Assembly: GCA_040143965.1 (NCBI GenBank)
Contig: JASJQH010006924.1
Span: forward strand, 1 to 38,210
Source of the DNA: Basidiobolus ranarum
Taxonomy: Eukaryota
DNA: 38,210 nt
Direction: 5' to 3'
Part shown: piece after piece, positions 9,292-21,975 of the stretch
Layout: every line of letters begins with the position of its first letter
How positions within the stretch are numbered: the stretch's first letter is position 1
Translations under genes and position numbers: made by a program
Notes under the pieces: model-generated
The model's input: only the letters and a program-made list of their open reading frames with translations
Database searches by the model: none
What the model was told of the DNA's origin: nothing

Positions 9292-11099
9292 CTAGATAGC
9301 CTTACTGAACCCACTGTATTTAGTTGTCCTAAGAGTGGGATCGAATAGTTTGCATACATTTCTCAAGAAGATCGTCCCCAAACGATCAGTAAGTTCCACA
9401 ACTTCCCCTTCTAGTAAAAGAATGCCATCCCTGGTAACTGGAGCTCCGGATAGTACAACTATTCCTTCGCTTTGCATCTCCTTTAGCTCCACATAAAACT
9501 CATCGGGTAGTAACTGGGCCAACTCTGTGGTAAGCACAACCTTTGATTTACATGCAACGTCTAGAATAGCTTTTTTGATGATCAAATCTTCATTGGACAT
9601 TTCATGGCCCTTAATGAGAGGAAGCTCGCCCATGTCAACCTTCTTCGTATATTCCCTGATATTCTTTTCGTTTTGAGCGTAGCCATATTTGGCATCACTA
9701 ATAGCGGACATACCTAAACCAATAAGCAAGTGGGTTTGCTTGGCAACATAACCCATGAAGTTTCTGTGCAAAGTACCATTTTGCTTGCCAATAAAAAGCT
9801 GATCCGTAGGTAGAGCAAAATGATCCATTCCGACATCTCTATACCCCATTGAGGCGAACAACTTTTTACCGAGTTCATATAGGGAGCGTTTGTCAGTTTT
9901 AGAAGGCAAATGATGCTCAGTAAAGTTTCTTTGTTGTGGATTCACCCAGGGAACGTGAGCGTAACTGTAGTAAGCAATACGATCTGGACCTAGCTCACCC
10001 ACCATTGCGATGGTATTTTGGGTGGTTTCTAAAGTTTGATTTGGAAGGCCATAAATCAAATCTAAGGAGGGAATGAGTTAGAGTTCTCGATTAGAGTATT
10101 GAGACAATCCAATAATTACCAAAACAGATTGAAGTGTATCCAATTTTTCTAGCCAGATGCATAACTTGTTCGACAGTTTCGTATGTCTGTACTCTATTGA
10201 CAATCCGTTGCACATCAGGGTCAAAATCTTGAATCCCCAAACTGAGTTTTCTAAAGCCAAGATCATACAAGGTCTTTAAGTGCTCTTCACCAGTACTGTT
10301 TGGATGCGCCTCAAAACTAAACTCATGTGAGGGATGAAGATCACAGCCTTCCAACAATCCCTTGATCAATCGTTTCAAATTGCTTGGAGAGAAGAAGGTT
10401 GGTGTGCCTCCACCCAAGTAAATCTCACATATCTTAGGTTTTCCTGAGGTAGAGGTCAGATAGGATCGGTAGATCTCCCATTCTTTAAGTACAGCATCGA
10501 TATATGGATCCTCCACTTTATCATGGTATTTTGTGATGACTTTAGTACAAGCACAGTAATGGCACAACCTATTAACCGAGGAAGAGTGATTAGTATGATA
10601 TTTTGTCTATGGATTTTGTAACCCATCATACTTACTGCTCGCAGTATGGCAAATGAACATAGAGAGTCATGCCAAACTCATTGTTTGTCTCGTCAAAGCA
10701 TTTCTTTACTATGTTTAACCAACCCTCTTGTGTTGGTGGGACTTCAGTTTTATTCCAGAATGGTACCGGTGGATAACTTGTATATCTAGGAGCGGGAACA
10801 TCGTATTTACAGACAAGATCCTCAATATCTGCCAAACTATCCAGAACGGTATTCCTAAGCTCTTTTTCCTGCTCAAGTGATCTCACAGGTCTATGCTTTT
10901 TGATCTGTCTACTAGCGGTGGTATTCGTCGTTTTTTCACTTTTTTCCTCGACAGAGTCCTCAGCAGGCAATGGTTTTCCCGGGCTCTTCTCCGCCTTCGA
11001 GGCAAATAGACGTGGGATCAGAACTGAGAATAGTACTGTAGCGAGTAACAGGTATAGGGATAAGCTGAGCTTGGATGTTGTAGCAGCTTCTTCGCCCAT
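9292..11099 (-). CDS. hemN: Oxygen-independent coproporphyrinogen III oxidase (radical SAM HemN), 3 exons, 560 aa, with an N-terminal hydrophobic anchor
   Basis: Exons 11099-10636, 10568-10120 and 10061-9292 are joined by 67-bp and 58-bp GT-AG introns. Splicing restores LYVHLPYCEQLCHYCAC and SICFDLIYGLP. Other motifs: PRYTSYP, GGGTPT, SLGIQDFD, YAHVPW, GMDHFA, LHRNFMGY, C-terminal FSKAI. Confidence 0.93.
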
Positions 11100-12038
11100 G
11101 ATCGTTTGCAGAACTTTGGATTGAAAGTGAAAGAGTGTGGGGAGCTGGTTTTATTCACACCTCAGTATCTATTTAATTGATTTCCGATCGTAATAGGTAG
11201 AATTACTTTTACATTGAGATGTACCCGAAGGAATCACCAACTGCTGGAAATTCGAAATCTAGAGCCGAATATCAATTCCAGGCCATCAAAATTACTAAAT
11301 TCCCTCATACGACTTCACACAAGCCAATAAGTCATGGCCATAGTGTTGTCTCGACCTCAACTTAGTCATCTCTATACATGGCGCTAGTAATTCATCGGGG
11401 CTCCCATTTTCTCTCTTTTTCCCTAATTCAGGTATTTACTTCCGAATTCCTTGATTTAGAATTTACCTCCGATCCCAACTAGCCGGGGTTTTTTTACTAA
11501 AGTTAGGGTTGGGGTTAGGGTTATGCTCGTGTCGTTATACTTCTATATGGAAATTATTATTGATATGCATTCATGCATAAATAGTGAAGTAAGGCTAAGG
11601 TTAGAGTTAAAGCAGGAATAATTTAAGATTTATTTTTAAACGAATGTTATCCGATGTTTAGTGAGTATTTTTCAAGGATATATAAGCATCTTCGTACCGC
11701 CTATTACATTACATTTAAGCAGGTTTTTTCTGTTGATTCGAAATCCAACTTAGAAATCGATGTTCTTGGTATATTCTTTAAATGTATAGGTAACAGTAAT
11801 TGGCTTTAAGGATAAAATGACTTCATAAAAAAAGAAGATTCGAGTATTTGCATTTGTATCACCTGGAAGTAGATTAATTATGGCTCACAACAGAAGATAT
11901 AACAATAGAGTAAATACCAAGTAGGCTTTTCATTTATCATGTATTCCAACTCTTACGAACAATAAGCTTCTTTAACCTTTTCAAACTTTACGCAACGGAC
12001 CCTTCTTTCTAATAACTAAACAACCAGTCTACTTAAAC

Positions 12039-12248
12039 ATGATTGGCATTATATTTCTTTGCCTAATCCCCATTGTCGGAATGCTTTCCGTATTACTTGT
12101 ACAATTCTCACTGGCTCAATCTCATCACTCCACAACGGTAAAAGAGGAGCAAGGACAATCAAAACAAATCTCTGACCATCCGTTAGTATGGTGTAATCAA
12201 GACCGACCAACTGCTTGGCTTAAGCGACGTAAATCTTGGAAAGCTTGA
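12039..12248 (+). CDS. Possible small single-pass membrane or secreted protein (69 aa)
   Basis: ATG in AAACATG context and a hydrophobic N-terminal 25 aa. No recognisable family. Confidence 0.35.
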   Translation: MIGIIFLCLIPIVGMLSVLLVQFSLAQSHHSTTVKEEQGQSKQISDHPLVWCNQDRPTAWLKRRKSWKA

Positions 12249-12644
12249 CTCTCCGACTCAACGAACAAGCATTACTATTGTAAATTTTTAATGAGGTAAA
12301 CTTTTGACCAAGTTCTAATCGTCATATTGTGACAAATGATTCCCCAAGAAATCCCTATTTACCAGTGGAGTTTAACTTGTAAATAACATATAAAGGAATT
12401 TTTTTATCCATTTTTACTATAAAATTGTGTTCATTCCATGACAACAGAAACCAGTTTCAATGAGGTTTGTTAGTGGCGTTGTGTGAATATCTTACCATTG
12501 GTGAGAGATTCGGAGACTGTCTAGACTCTGTCTACTACGGGTTGATACGTCATTCATACTAATTATATCCTCCGAATCAAGACATATAAAATACTAGTTT
12601 TCTCGATATCTGAGATTCATAGTACTTGACTTTGATTCTGTGAC

Positions 12645-13517
12645 ATGACTATGGAGAATCAAACCACAGCCACCTCTAAATCGGAAATCACTATCCCAGT
12701 CGATGGTACGAATTCCATTTCAGAAAAGGTACATCAAGTAGCCGCAAAAGGTTTTGAGTTAGACACTGATGCGTATGAAAATGCACGACCAAGTTATCCT
12801 ACTGAGGCAATAGTACTTCTCCAAGAGAAGCTAAACCTGGTACCCGGGGAATCCTATGTTTTAGACTTGGCAGCAGGGACCGGGATATTTACTCGTCTAT
12901 TGCTTCCTTTTAAATATCACTTGACAGCAGTGGAACCAGCTGCTAATATGAGAGCTAAGTTCTCTCAAGTGCTCCCTGGTGTTCCTATACTAGATGGTAC
13001 AGCATGGAAAATACCCTTAGAAGACAATTCCCTTGATGTAGTTTTTGTTGCCCAAGCATTCCACTGGTTTAGTGATGTAGCTGCCATCAAGGAAATTTCC
13101 AGAGTATTAAAACCAGAAGGTCATTTGGCTTTAATATGGAATCTTGAAGACAGATCTCGAGCAAAGTGGGTTGGTCAAATCAGAGATATTTACGAAAAAC
13201 ATGAGAAAAGTTCACCACAATACCGCTTAGGTTTATGGAAGAAAGTATTTGAAACAGAGGAGTATCACCACTTATTTAACCCACTGAACGAGGTTCATTT
13301 ACAACGTGAAGTACTATCGGATAAACAAACCATATGGACTCGTGTATCTAGTAAAAGTTATGTAGCATCTTTGGATGCGGAAGAAAAAGAAACTTTGAAG
13401 AAACAAATATTGGAGACACTTGACAAGGCTCAAGATATTGAGGTGGATGAGGCAACTGGACATGTCAAATTCCCATATGTTACTGATATAATCTGGTGTC
13501 AAAAACGTACTCATTAA
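12645..13517 (+). CDS. Class I SAM-dependent methyltransferase (Methyltransf_11-like), intronless
   Basis: Motifs YENARPSYP, VLDLAAGTGIFT, AVEP, AQAFHWF, RVLKPEG. TATAAA at about 12586. Confidence 0.92.
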   Translation: MTMENQTTATSKSEITIPVDGTNSISEKVHQVAAKGFELDTDAYENARPSYPTEAIVLLQEKLNLVPGESYVLDLAAGTGIFTRLLLPFKYHLTAVEPAANMRAKFSQVLPGVPILDGTAWKIPLEDNSLDVVFVAQAFHWFSDVAAIKEISRVLKPEGHLALIWNLEDRSRAKWVGQIRDIYEKHEKSSPQYRLGLWKKVFETEEYHHLFNPLNEVHLQREVLSDKQTIWTRVSSKSYVASLDAEEKETLKKQILETLDKAQDIEVDEATGHVKFPYVTDIIWCQKRTH

Positions 13518-13610
13518 ATTAAATAAAATTGGATTTATTACTCTACAGTCAGATTATGAAATTCTCGGATTATTTACAAGTAGAATGATGATGGCAATAG
13601 CCCTAAGATT

Positions 13611-13853
13611 TTACCACCAACTATATTCACCCATCTTGGGGGAAGGAGTATACATGGATCGACTGGGCTTTGCAGGATAGCTGGCTTGTACAGCAGGAGT
13701 AGATTGATATCTGGTTGCGTATTCTTGATTGGTGATGCTAGTGAGAAAATATGCTACTCCTATGGCAGTTACACCAGTAATCGCCGTCAACGGTACGATT
13801 ATTTGAGAGTTTAAAGACCTGGTTAAGGGGCTGCGGATGATGATTGCGGACAT
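13611..13853 (-). CDS. Small protein (80 aa) with one transmembrane segment
   Basis: ATG at 13853 (MSAIIIRSPLTRSL), a TATAAA about 40 bp upstream, and the hydrophobic stretch IIVPLTAITGVTAIGVAYFL. Convergent with the methyltransferase. Confidence 0.55.
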   Translation of the reverse strand: MSAIIIRSPLTRSLNSQIIVPLTAITGVTAIGVAYFLTSITNQEYATRYQSTPAVQASYPAKPSRSMYTPSPKMGEYSWW

Positions 13854-15321
13854 GTTGATTTTTGAAAAATCTCTTGGACTTGACAAAACTATTTATATGA
13901 CTACACGCATTAAAGAGTCAGGCTAGATTTTGGAGTCTAGGTTAGTTGAAGGAAATTCAAGTAGTCAGATCTGAAAAGTAAAAGCCTAGACCACATGAGA
14001 TAAGATAATGAAAACACGACTCCCTCACTGATATTCATACTATCGATTTCTATTCGCCACCCGATTTGCTATCCTTGATTTTTATCGATAAGTAGCTCAA
14101 CCTAGATCATGCTGAAATATTATGACTATTGAAGTCAAGCCTAACTGAATAGTATAACGAATGCAAGCAATTCTTTTCGACATTATTTATGCATGCAACT
14201 ATTTATAAAGAAAACCATTTTCACAATTATTGAAGTTCAAGGGTTTCATATTATTTATATTCGATATTTGTTTAAGAAAGATTTTGTCCTCAATATTTAT
14301 GAAATATATGTAATCTCTAGTACTTTACTTTTATTTTCTGTAGTATAAACAAATCCTTTTTTCTCATTACAATGCTTTTTTCTGATTTTTCATGTAACGT
14401 ATCCAATATCTGCTACAATATATATATACCTGTTCAGAGAACTTCTTTTCCTCAATTTTGTGGTCTCTTAATATCTTCAAAACGTTTATTTCCTCATCAG
14501 TATTAATACCATAGACACAAATAGTTGATGGTATTATTGTAAGTACTTGTGATGAGTCAGTTGTATATATTGATCAATAGTGATTTGGACTTTTGCATTT
14601 TGAAATCCAAAGTACTCTATATTGTGATATAAAATGAAAATTGTAACAGCAGCAATATGCTTTTCAGGTGCTAAACATGCTGGCGAATGCGTACATTAGG
14701 GGTGTTTTGAACAGGTTTGAAAATTTGTCTTTTTTCAACATGTCTGAGTTACATCCAAGATAGATGTTACATATAGATGTCACAATATTTACATGTAAGT
14801 TACTCAGGAAATAGGTATTAGTTATAGGAACAATATATATATTTCCGTAGTTACTTTTAACATTTCAACAACCCTTATTCATTTCTAGTATATATACGTA
14901 CTTAATTTCAATGCTTCCAAATATTGCTTCTAATTTTCACAATTACTCATCCCAAATGCTGATGATATCACATTGTGAGAACATATTTGAGATTCATGGA
15001 TTGATACTGTGAAGATATCTAAGATACGTACATGCTATATGTTTAAAGTGTTACACGGCCTAACAACTTCAGCGAAACTCAATATTTAACATTAATTATC
15101 CTAGTCTAGCTAACTCCGTATCGTACACTGTATTTGAAAATGCAAGCTTAACAAGACTTGAGAAGAAAAAAAGTCAACATTAATCTGGCTTCAAACTGGA
15201 AGCATATTTCGAGGAATGCCACGATATAATAGCCAATGATGACAAGTTATATCACTGCTTAGATCAGCCTCATTGGGAACATTTACGGATATTGGAATAT
15301 TTTCCAGAATGGTTACTTTGG

Positions 15322-15430
15322 GGATATGAATGAACTTGGTGACATATAGGGTATAAATGAACTTGTTGGTAATATATAGGATAAGAGCGAGCTTGGCGAT
15401 ATATAGGATATGAATAAACTTGGTAACGTA
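15322..15430. repeat. Degenerate 27-30 bp tandem repeat, 4 copies
   Basis: ggatatgaatgaacttggtgacatata-like units. Confidence 0.8.
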
Positions 15431-15968
15431 GCCTTTACGCAAGTCCCTCTTCCAAGAACAAACATCGTTTATACGAATTTAGAAGTCGGTGGGCCTAAAA
15501 TGGTAACTAATTAGCATCGGAACACAATCCACGTGTAATCGAATAACATATGGAGTTGACGATCGAATAAGGGAAGTCATTTACCAAGAATAAATGAAAC
15601 TCAAACAAATGTCGACCAAGAAAGTAACCACCTTACCTCTACTGCTCAATCCACCAATATTTCCACATCCCGGCAATGGACTATTTACGGGAATGGATAA
15701 TTAGGTATGAGCCTTAACCGAGCTGGCATTTACCGAATATTGACTTGCCGAGATCATTGAACACAGTTGGGGATCAGTTCTGATATGGACTTGATATTTA
15801 TTAGTGGACTTATTCTAGGATAATAATAGTGCAAGAGTGAAAATAACGTCTAGAATGGACGTATAATTATTACAATACCGAAACTTACAGTCAACGACCG
15901 TCGTTTCGAAAAAAAGATTACAGGGTGTGATAATATGTAGGGTTAGGGTTAATCACCATGCTGGCAAT

Positions 15969-17198
15969 TTAAATGATTAAAGACTTGAACCAGCTATCCT
16001 CAAACACCTCATTGATGGTGATACGAGTATCTGGATTGGGATCCAGCATCTTGCGAATCAGTGGGAATGCGGCCCCGGGGATTCTTGTGAAAGATTTACC
16101 TTCCTTGCGGAACTCCAAATACATCGCAAAGTTCTTTTCGGTGTCTTTAGCCATATCCCATGGGAATTTTTTGAGAACCATACACAGATAAATGATGGCA
16201 GCTGACCAGATATCAGCCTTGGCTGCATCATAGGGTCGACCATCAAAGACCTCTGGTGCAATGTATGGATCGGAACCAGTGATTTCACATGCCTTAGCCC
16301 GATTTTCCTCACTCAAAGGGTCCAGGAAGATGAAGGCACATCCAAAATCAATAATTTTCAATGTTCCGTTCTCATCTACGCACAAGTTCTCCAATTTAAG
16401 ATCTCTGTGAGCCACACCACGGTGATGAAGGTAAGCGAGGCCACGCATCAATTGACCGAAGTAACTGTCAATTTCTTGTTGAGTCAATTGGTTCTCTTTG
16501 ATAACGGTGAACATATCTTGAGGACAGTATTGCATCACTTCGTGGATTTGGTTATCCTCCATGATGACATCGAGGGTTTGAATAACGTTCTCATGGACTA
16601 GAGAAGCGGAGATGTAGACTTCGTTACTGATCCATTCGTAATAGCGATGTTCGTCTTCTTCAGGTTTCTTAGTACGGAAGCTTTTAACGGCATACTTTCT
16701 ACCGGTGCGTGGGCAGTAAGTTTGTCTTACACCACCACCAGCACCACTACAGATATCGTTAGTGAAGCCACCATAGAGCTGATTGAGTGATGGAGCATCT
16801 CTTTTTCTTAATGCATCCAATAATGGCATGTAGTCCTTGGAGGCAGATTTGGCGTTGGATTCATGTTGGGACTTCAAATGTTTCTTACGTAAGTTCAAGA
16901 AACCGAAACGCTTATGATTTGTGGATTTACGTTCCTTCTTATTATCTCTAAATACAAATCTACTTGGAACCTTGTAGAGCGAGGACATTCCAGCTGTGAA
17001 GCAATCATCAGACGAACTACTTATCGTCACACCTGATTCAAGCTTGGTAGTGCTGTCGTTGAATCCAGTGGAGTATTGACTGGATAGACTCTCTTGTGAA
17101 TGGTAGGGAATGTGAATTCCTTTGTTTGGAGCTTGATGGTATAGATGTAAATGAGGGATCATTTGGTAAGTAGTCACTGGAGCTTTGGTAACCGCCAT
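15969..17198 (-). CDS. Ser/Thr protein kinase, HAL/NPR (Hal4/Sat4/Hrk1)-like, intronless. Likely start 17198; the ORF is open to 17279
   Basis: Motifs YAVK, HRDLKLENL, DFG, GSDPYIAPE, KADIWS, FPW. Start chosen by length comparison with the paralogue. Confidence 0.93.
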   Translation of the reverse strand: MAVTKAPVTTYQMIPHLHLYHQAPNKGIHIPYHSQESLSSQYSTGFNDSTTKLESGVTISSSSDDCFTAGMSSLYKVPSRFVFRDNKKERKSTNHKRFGFLNLRKKHLKSQHESNAKSASKDYMPLLDALRKRDAPSLNQLYGGFTNDICSGAGGGVRQTYCPRTGRKYAVKSFRTKKPEEDEHRYYEWISNEVYISASLVHENVIQTLDVIMEDNQIHEVMQYCPQDMFTVIKENQLTQQEIDSYFGQLMRGLAYLHHRGVAHRDLKLENLCVDENGTLKIIDFGCAFIFLDPLSEENRAKACEITGSDPYIAPEVFDGRPYDAAKADIWSAAIIYLCMVLKKFPWDMAKDTEKNFAMYLEFRKEGKSFTRIPGAAFPLIRKMLDPNPDTRITINEVFEDSWFKSLII

Positions 17199-18015
17199 TT
17201 TGATTAGTTCTTTAGGGATAGGAACGTAAAGATACTTTTGAAGGAGTGACATTTGCTCAGTATTTATAATACTGCACATCGCTTAGTAACCCGATAGTAT
17301 CAACCAATCAAAATCATTCAATCTTAGTTTATCACCAAACTCGGATCGGATGAGTTATTCGGCACGGGATGGAACTATTGATATGGTTAGATCCGCCTCA
17401 TGTCTGTAATAACCTCGCCGCTAGTTGTGATTGGATTTAGGTGATGAATTGAAGCACCTTCGTTATACTCATGCTCGCGTAACTGAAGTGATTAGTCAAC
17501 TTCCAAGCACTTTTACCTTTTGATTAGGTTCGTCAACGATGAATGATGGCATGCATATCACGTTGTTTGATGATTGGGAATATAATATGAAAGATGGGTC
17601 AAGTGAATTTTACCGAAAACCCAGTCACATCTGAAGTGTTGCACGAGATTTCCAAAATGATGTGATGCTCGTTCCATCTGCTCCGGGATTGAGATTGTTT
17701 GCTTAATCTATTTTTAGCTGTTTATGATATGATAATAAAGTGGCAAGATTTGTTGATAAAATGTGCTAATAAAAGCGTCTATAGATGTGCCGATAAAGGA
17801 GTTAACAACATGTGCTAATAAAGAGTGGATTACTGAAGGTATCTTTGTCACAACACTTGCACCCAACACTCAGCAGTTACGCCCTAGCATATAGAAAGAT
17901 GAGAAAGTGAGTACTGTTCAAAACCCCCTCTTGGGGTTTCTTCTTCTTACCAATAAAGGCTATTACAGTCTCGTGAATATGGTTGTGTATCAAGTCATTG
18001 TGAGTCCATATTAGT

Positions 18016-18052
18016 ATAGCGTACATGATAGCGTACATGATAGCGTACATGA
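18016..18052. repeat. 12-bp tandem repeat x3
   Basis: atagcgtacatg three times. Confidence 0.9.
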
Positions 18053-18391
18053 AATTCAGTTATTTGGGATTACGAACCATGCAACTTACAATTATATCCA
18101 AATGGGATCAAACGGTTACACTTACTGTAATGATGATTCAGTTTCCTTACTTGTTAACCGAATGACTGATTGTGGGAAGAGATTAGAAATGGAAGAATTC
18201 GATTACTTGTGTATGTCAACCTTGTATCGATCATGAAAATCTCTTTAAGCACACACACTTCCATTTGCTAGAAGAGATACGCAATCTGAAGATATTACTA
18301 TGTCATTGATTTTCCAAAATGATGGGCTTTGGGTGTCTTGAGTTTCTTTACAATTATTTGCAGCCAGTGACGCTCTATCGCAATGTAATAT

Positions 18392-18490
18392 AGAATAAAC
18401 ACAGCAATGGTAGTGATAGCAGTAGTGATCGCAATAGAATAAACATAGCAATGGTAGTGATAGCAATAGAATAAACATAGCAATGGTAGC
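18392..18490. repeat. Imperfect tandem repeat of about 32 bp
   Basis: Recurrent atagaataaacatagcaatggtagtgatagc units. Confidence 0.85.
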
Positions 18491-18954
18491 GGTGTTTTCA
18501 TGAACATTATATGAACCTCACTTCCGATACGTTTCTCTTTCCTTAGATTAGCAGCATACTTCACCACTGGCCAGTATAATTATTTATCAATGTTTAAGTA
18601 CTTGGCTATAGCTAATCGGCGCATAGTCCCACCAAAGAGATATACATACTTTTACTTAATATGAGATGTTATCCAAGAATTGCTATTAAGTTCGCGCATA
18701 AAAAAACAAATACAATGTAACAGTAACCTGTGCTTTATTAAAAGTCTCACAAGTGGTGCTGGCTCATACAACTACTAGGTGTTCTGATCAGATCAAGAAT
18801 TATGATATGCGTTGACTTATTTCCTTATTCAAATATCTAATTTTTCCTAGCGCATTCACCATTGTTTGGCTACTATCGCACTCATGATATTCTCTCAATA
18901 GAGTGTTTCATACTTCGTTGCTCTTTAATTTGAATATGGAACTTTGGCTTTGTC

Positions 18955-19014
18955 TAACTAAGTACTAAGCTATATATGACCATATAGGTGTTTGGGCAGT
19001 GCTAATTTCAACAG
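18955..19014 (+). repeat. Dispersed repeat family, copy A (core only)
   Basis: taactaagtactaagctatatatgaccatataggtgtttgggcagtgctaatttcaacag matches 20383-20441 and 38004-38063. Confidence 0.85.
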
Positions 19015-20249
19015 TTATGTACCACAAGGAAGAACTCATTGTATATGATATCAGTGCTTGGAAAGTAATAATTACTCTTCGAATTATGGTGGCTATACAA
19101 CAGATGACATGGTAGAACTCACTTATGTTGCCATGTATTTCTCTTTGTTGGATAATTACTCTTTATTCAACATCTTAGTTAACTTTAGTTATGAGACATA
19201 TATCAGAGACAGAAAGCAATGTATCTATAGCCCCTATATTCTAGATAGGAATATCTCTATATCTATATAACAAGTATGTCTTATTACCCCCACTTATCTA
19301 TTATATCTTATTATACAAACTCCTGAATATCTCAAACAATTGATTTACTTTTCTACTATATAAGTCACCATATACTCTTAAGAATAAACTAACTAAAACA
19401 CACTATCATAAGTTGCTTCTAATACCCTAAGTCTACCCCCATTATGTCAAGATCCTCCAACACTCTTGACTTTCCACAAGTATCAAACGTATTTGTCTAG
19501 GCATCAAAAACTTACATATTTATCCAAAATTTGCAAATACTAATGAAAATAAAATTAGAATTTACCTGATAATATTTAACCATCCAGATATTGGCACTTA
19601 AGTATATGCTGCTATTAACTTTCCTTACATGTGCACACAGAATTGCTTGCACCATGAGCAATTGTTCTATAGAACTTAGTATAATGGATGAATTTTATGA
19701 AGGTATTCAAATCAAAGATATAGAATCTTAACTATTGCACAAAACTTTACAAGTGCTTTGAAAATTCCCAATATTTACATGCACCATCTATATTATTAAA
19801 TGTTTAAGGCAACCAAAAAATACTTCCTGCACATCTACAGATGTTATGTATGAGAGAATATAATAGCAGGGTTTCATATGTTTAGATATTGAGGGATAGC
19901 GCATCCAAGTAAGTCTCAGCATGATTACATACTAGAGTATAGGAACCATTAGTTTAATAGTTAGATCAGCTTACTAGAGTGGAGGTGGCCTCTGGATCAA
20001 TTGTCGTCCAGATCAATATTTCTTCATTACTGTCGACAGAACTTTAGTTCAAACCCAGTGAACGGATGGAAATAAGTCAAATTAGTGACTACGCAAGCTT
20101 ATAGATATATGTTGTTGAAGTATTTTGGGAGCCTGTTGGAAGTGGCTTGGAGAACTAGAAGAATTGATAGCTTCTCTTATTGATAAGTTGATTAGAAAGT
20201 TGACATCTACAGTTTTGTCAAGATGTAAACAAACAAACTAATGGAATGC

Positions 20250-20441
20250 GTTAAGGAAGGTCCCAGAAGCATGTGTGCAAAGTATGGGGCTTTTAGCACA
20301 AGTTCTCAAAATCTATATATCTTCAAGCTTCTAAGTAAATTCCTCTTGAGGACAGTGGGTGATATCTTAGTTCAATATGGAATAACTAAATACTAAGCTA
20401 TATATGACTATATAGGTGTTTAGTCTATGCGAACTTCAACA
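20250..20441 (+). repeat. Dispersed repeat family, copy B
   Basis: Aligns by eye over about 190-210 bp with 37852-38063. Confidence 0.85.
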
Positions 20442-21975
20442 CATGAAACATATTCCATAGCTTTGATTATTAAGATCTTCTATTATTAGTCAGATTGCTT
20501 TATACAATATTGAATATATGAGAGTGCATGCTTCGCTAGACAGAACAAGTTTAATGGCAATATAATTGAAGTAAGCATACCTCTTGCTACATTGCTCCTG
20601 AACGTTGAGGAGATATTTCTAACGTAATGAAAAAAGAAATAGTGCCAATGTTAGGCACTATTAATAGAAATTCGAGAATACTTCCTGAATTAAAATTCCT
20701 ACTGTTTAACTTCCCAAAGATTTTGTCATATAATACATGACGCAATGCACAAGATGAAGTACTATTCCACCACAAATATCTATTCTGTCTACACTATGTA
20801 CAGGTAGCGTATATGTGAGATTGCTAACTAAGCCTATGTGCATTTATATCCCATTTATATCCCATTTTTATAGAATGTTGACGAAACTTGTGCTATTCTG
20901 CATTGGATACAATTAGCCTTCCCAGACCCTGACATTCGATCAATCGTCTAGTTGATATGAAGCGATTAATTGATCACGGCCATGGCAATCTATCACACCC
21001 CAAGTAACAGGTTTTTTGCTCTTAACGGGCAGCTCATCCGAAACTAACATCCTGAATCCTAACTGCATTTGCTTAGACTTTAGTATTAGCGACTATACCT
21101 CTTTAACTCACTTTTATGGCATAATCAAATTGATAAGCAAATTGAATGAGTTCTACATCCTGGTAGCGCTACAGGAATTTATTGACACTCACCCTAAGAT
21201 CAAAATGTAGTGTTTAAGGGGGATTTCGTATACATGAACGAGCAGCAGTAAATCCTATGAAAGCATTAAAAATCAACAATTGGGATTTTGTATAATCCAA
21301 ACAATCTGCCCAGATTCCCAGACCCAGATTCCCAGAGATTGACCGCCTATACTAAGTAGGTATCCAAAATGATCGTTATTCTCCTGTATAGGTTAGTTTT
21401 TTTTCAAAACAAAATTTGGAATACGAAACTCTTATCACACTGGCAAATGGATTATCAGAGTTTGATAGTGTGTGCAGTATATCCATGAATTCGTTAATCC
21501 AGATCTTTGACTGCTGAACGACTGCCTCATTTCTTAATTTGGTCATATAGATCATGGATACAGTTACTTGCGTTAACACTACAAATAGATCACTTGTAAA
21601 TATTTTTAACCGCTCTTATCTCTCAATCAACCACGAAGTAAAACATACTCAGAGCCCAAAGAAGGCGGAGCAAAACCTAGATTGAGAATTAGGTATAGAT
21701 AACATGTGATCGGATTATTGTCAAGCCGATCAGAGCGTGATAAGTGGTGGCTAACTGATATATGTAAGTGGTGCTTGAAAGCTATGCAGAGTATTTTGCT
21801 TAAAGTGATTTTATGTAACAAAAAAATTAACATGAAAATTAGTCTATTGTTTAAACTATGAAATGGCTACCTGATGATACAAATGTTACAAGTGTAGAAG
21901 GGGAAAATATTACAGTGCGGATTAACCCGAAGTGTGGAGTAAGAATAGGTGAATATAGGGATAAGATAATTGAAC

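Noticed and set aside
9292-13517. HemN plus methyltransferase as a biosynthetic gene cluster
   Set aside because: HemN has canonical heme-pathway motifs, and no scaffold enzyme or transporter is nearby. Adjacency alone is insufficient.
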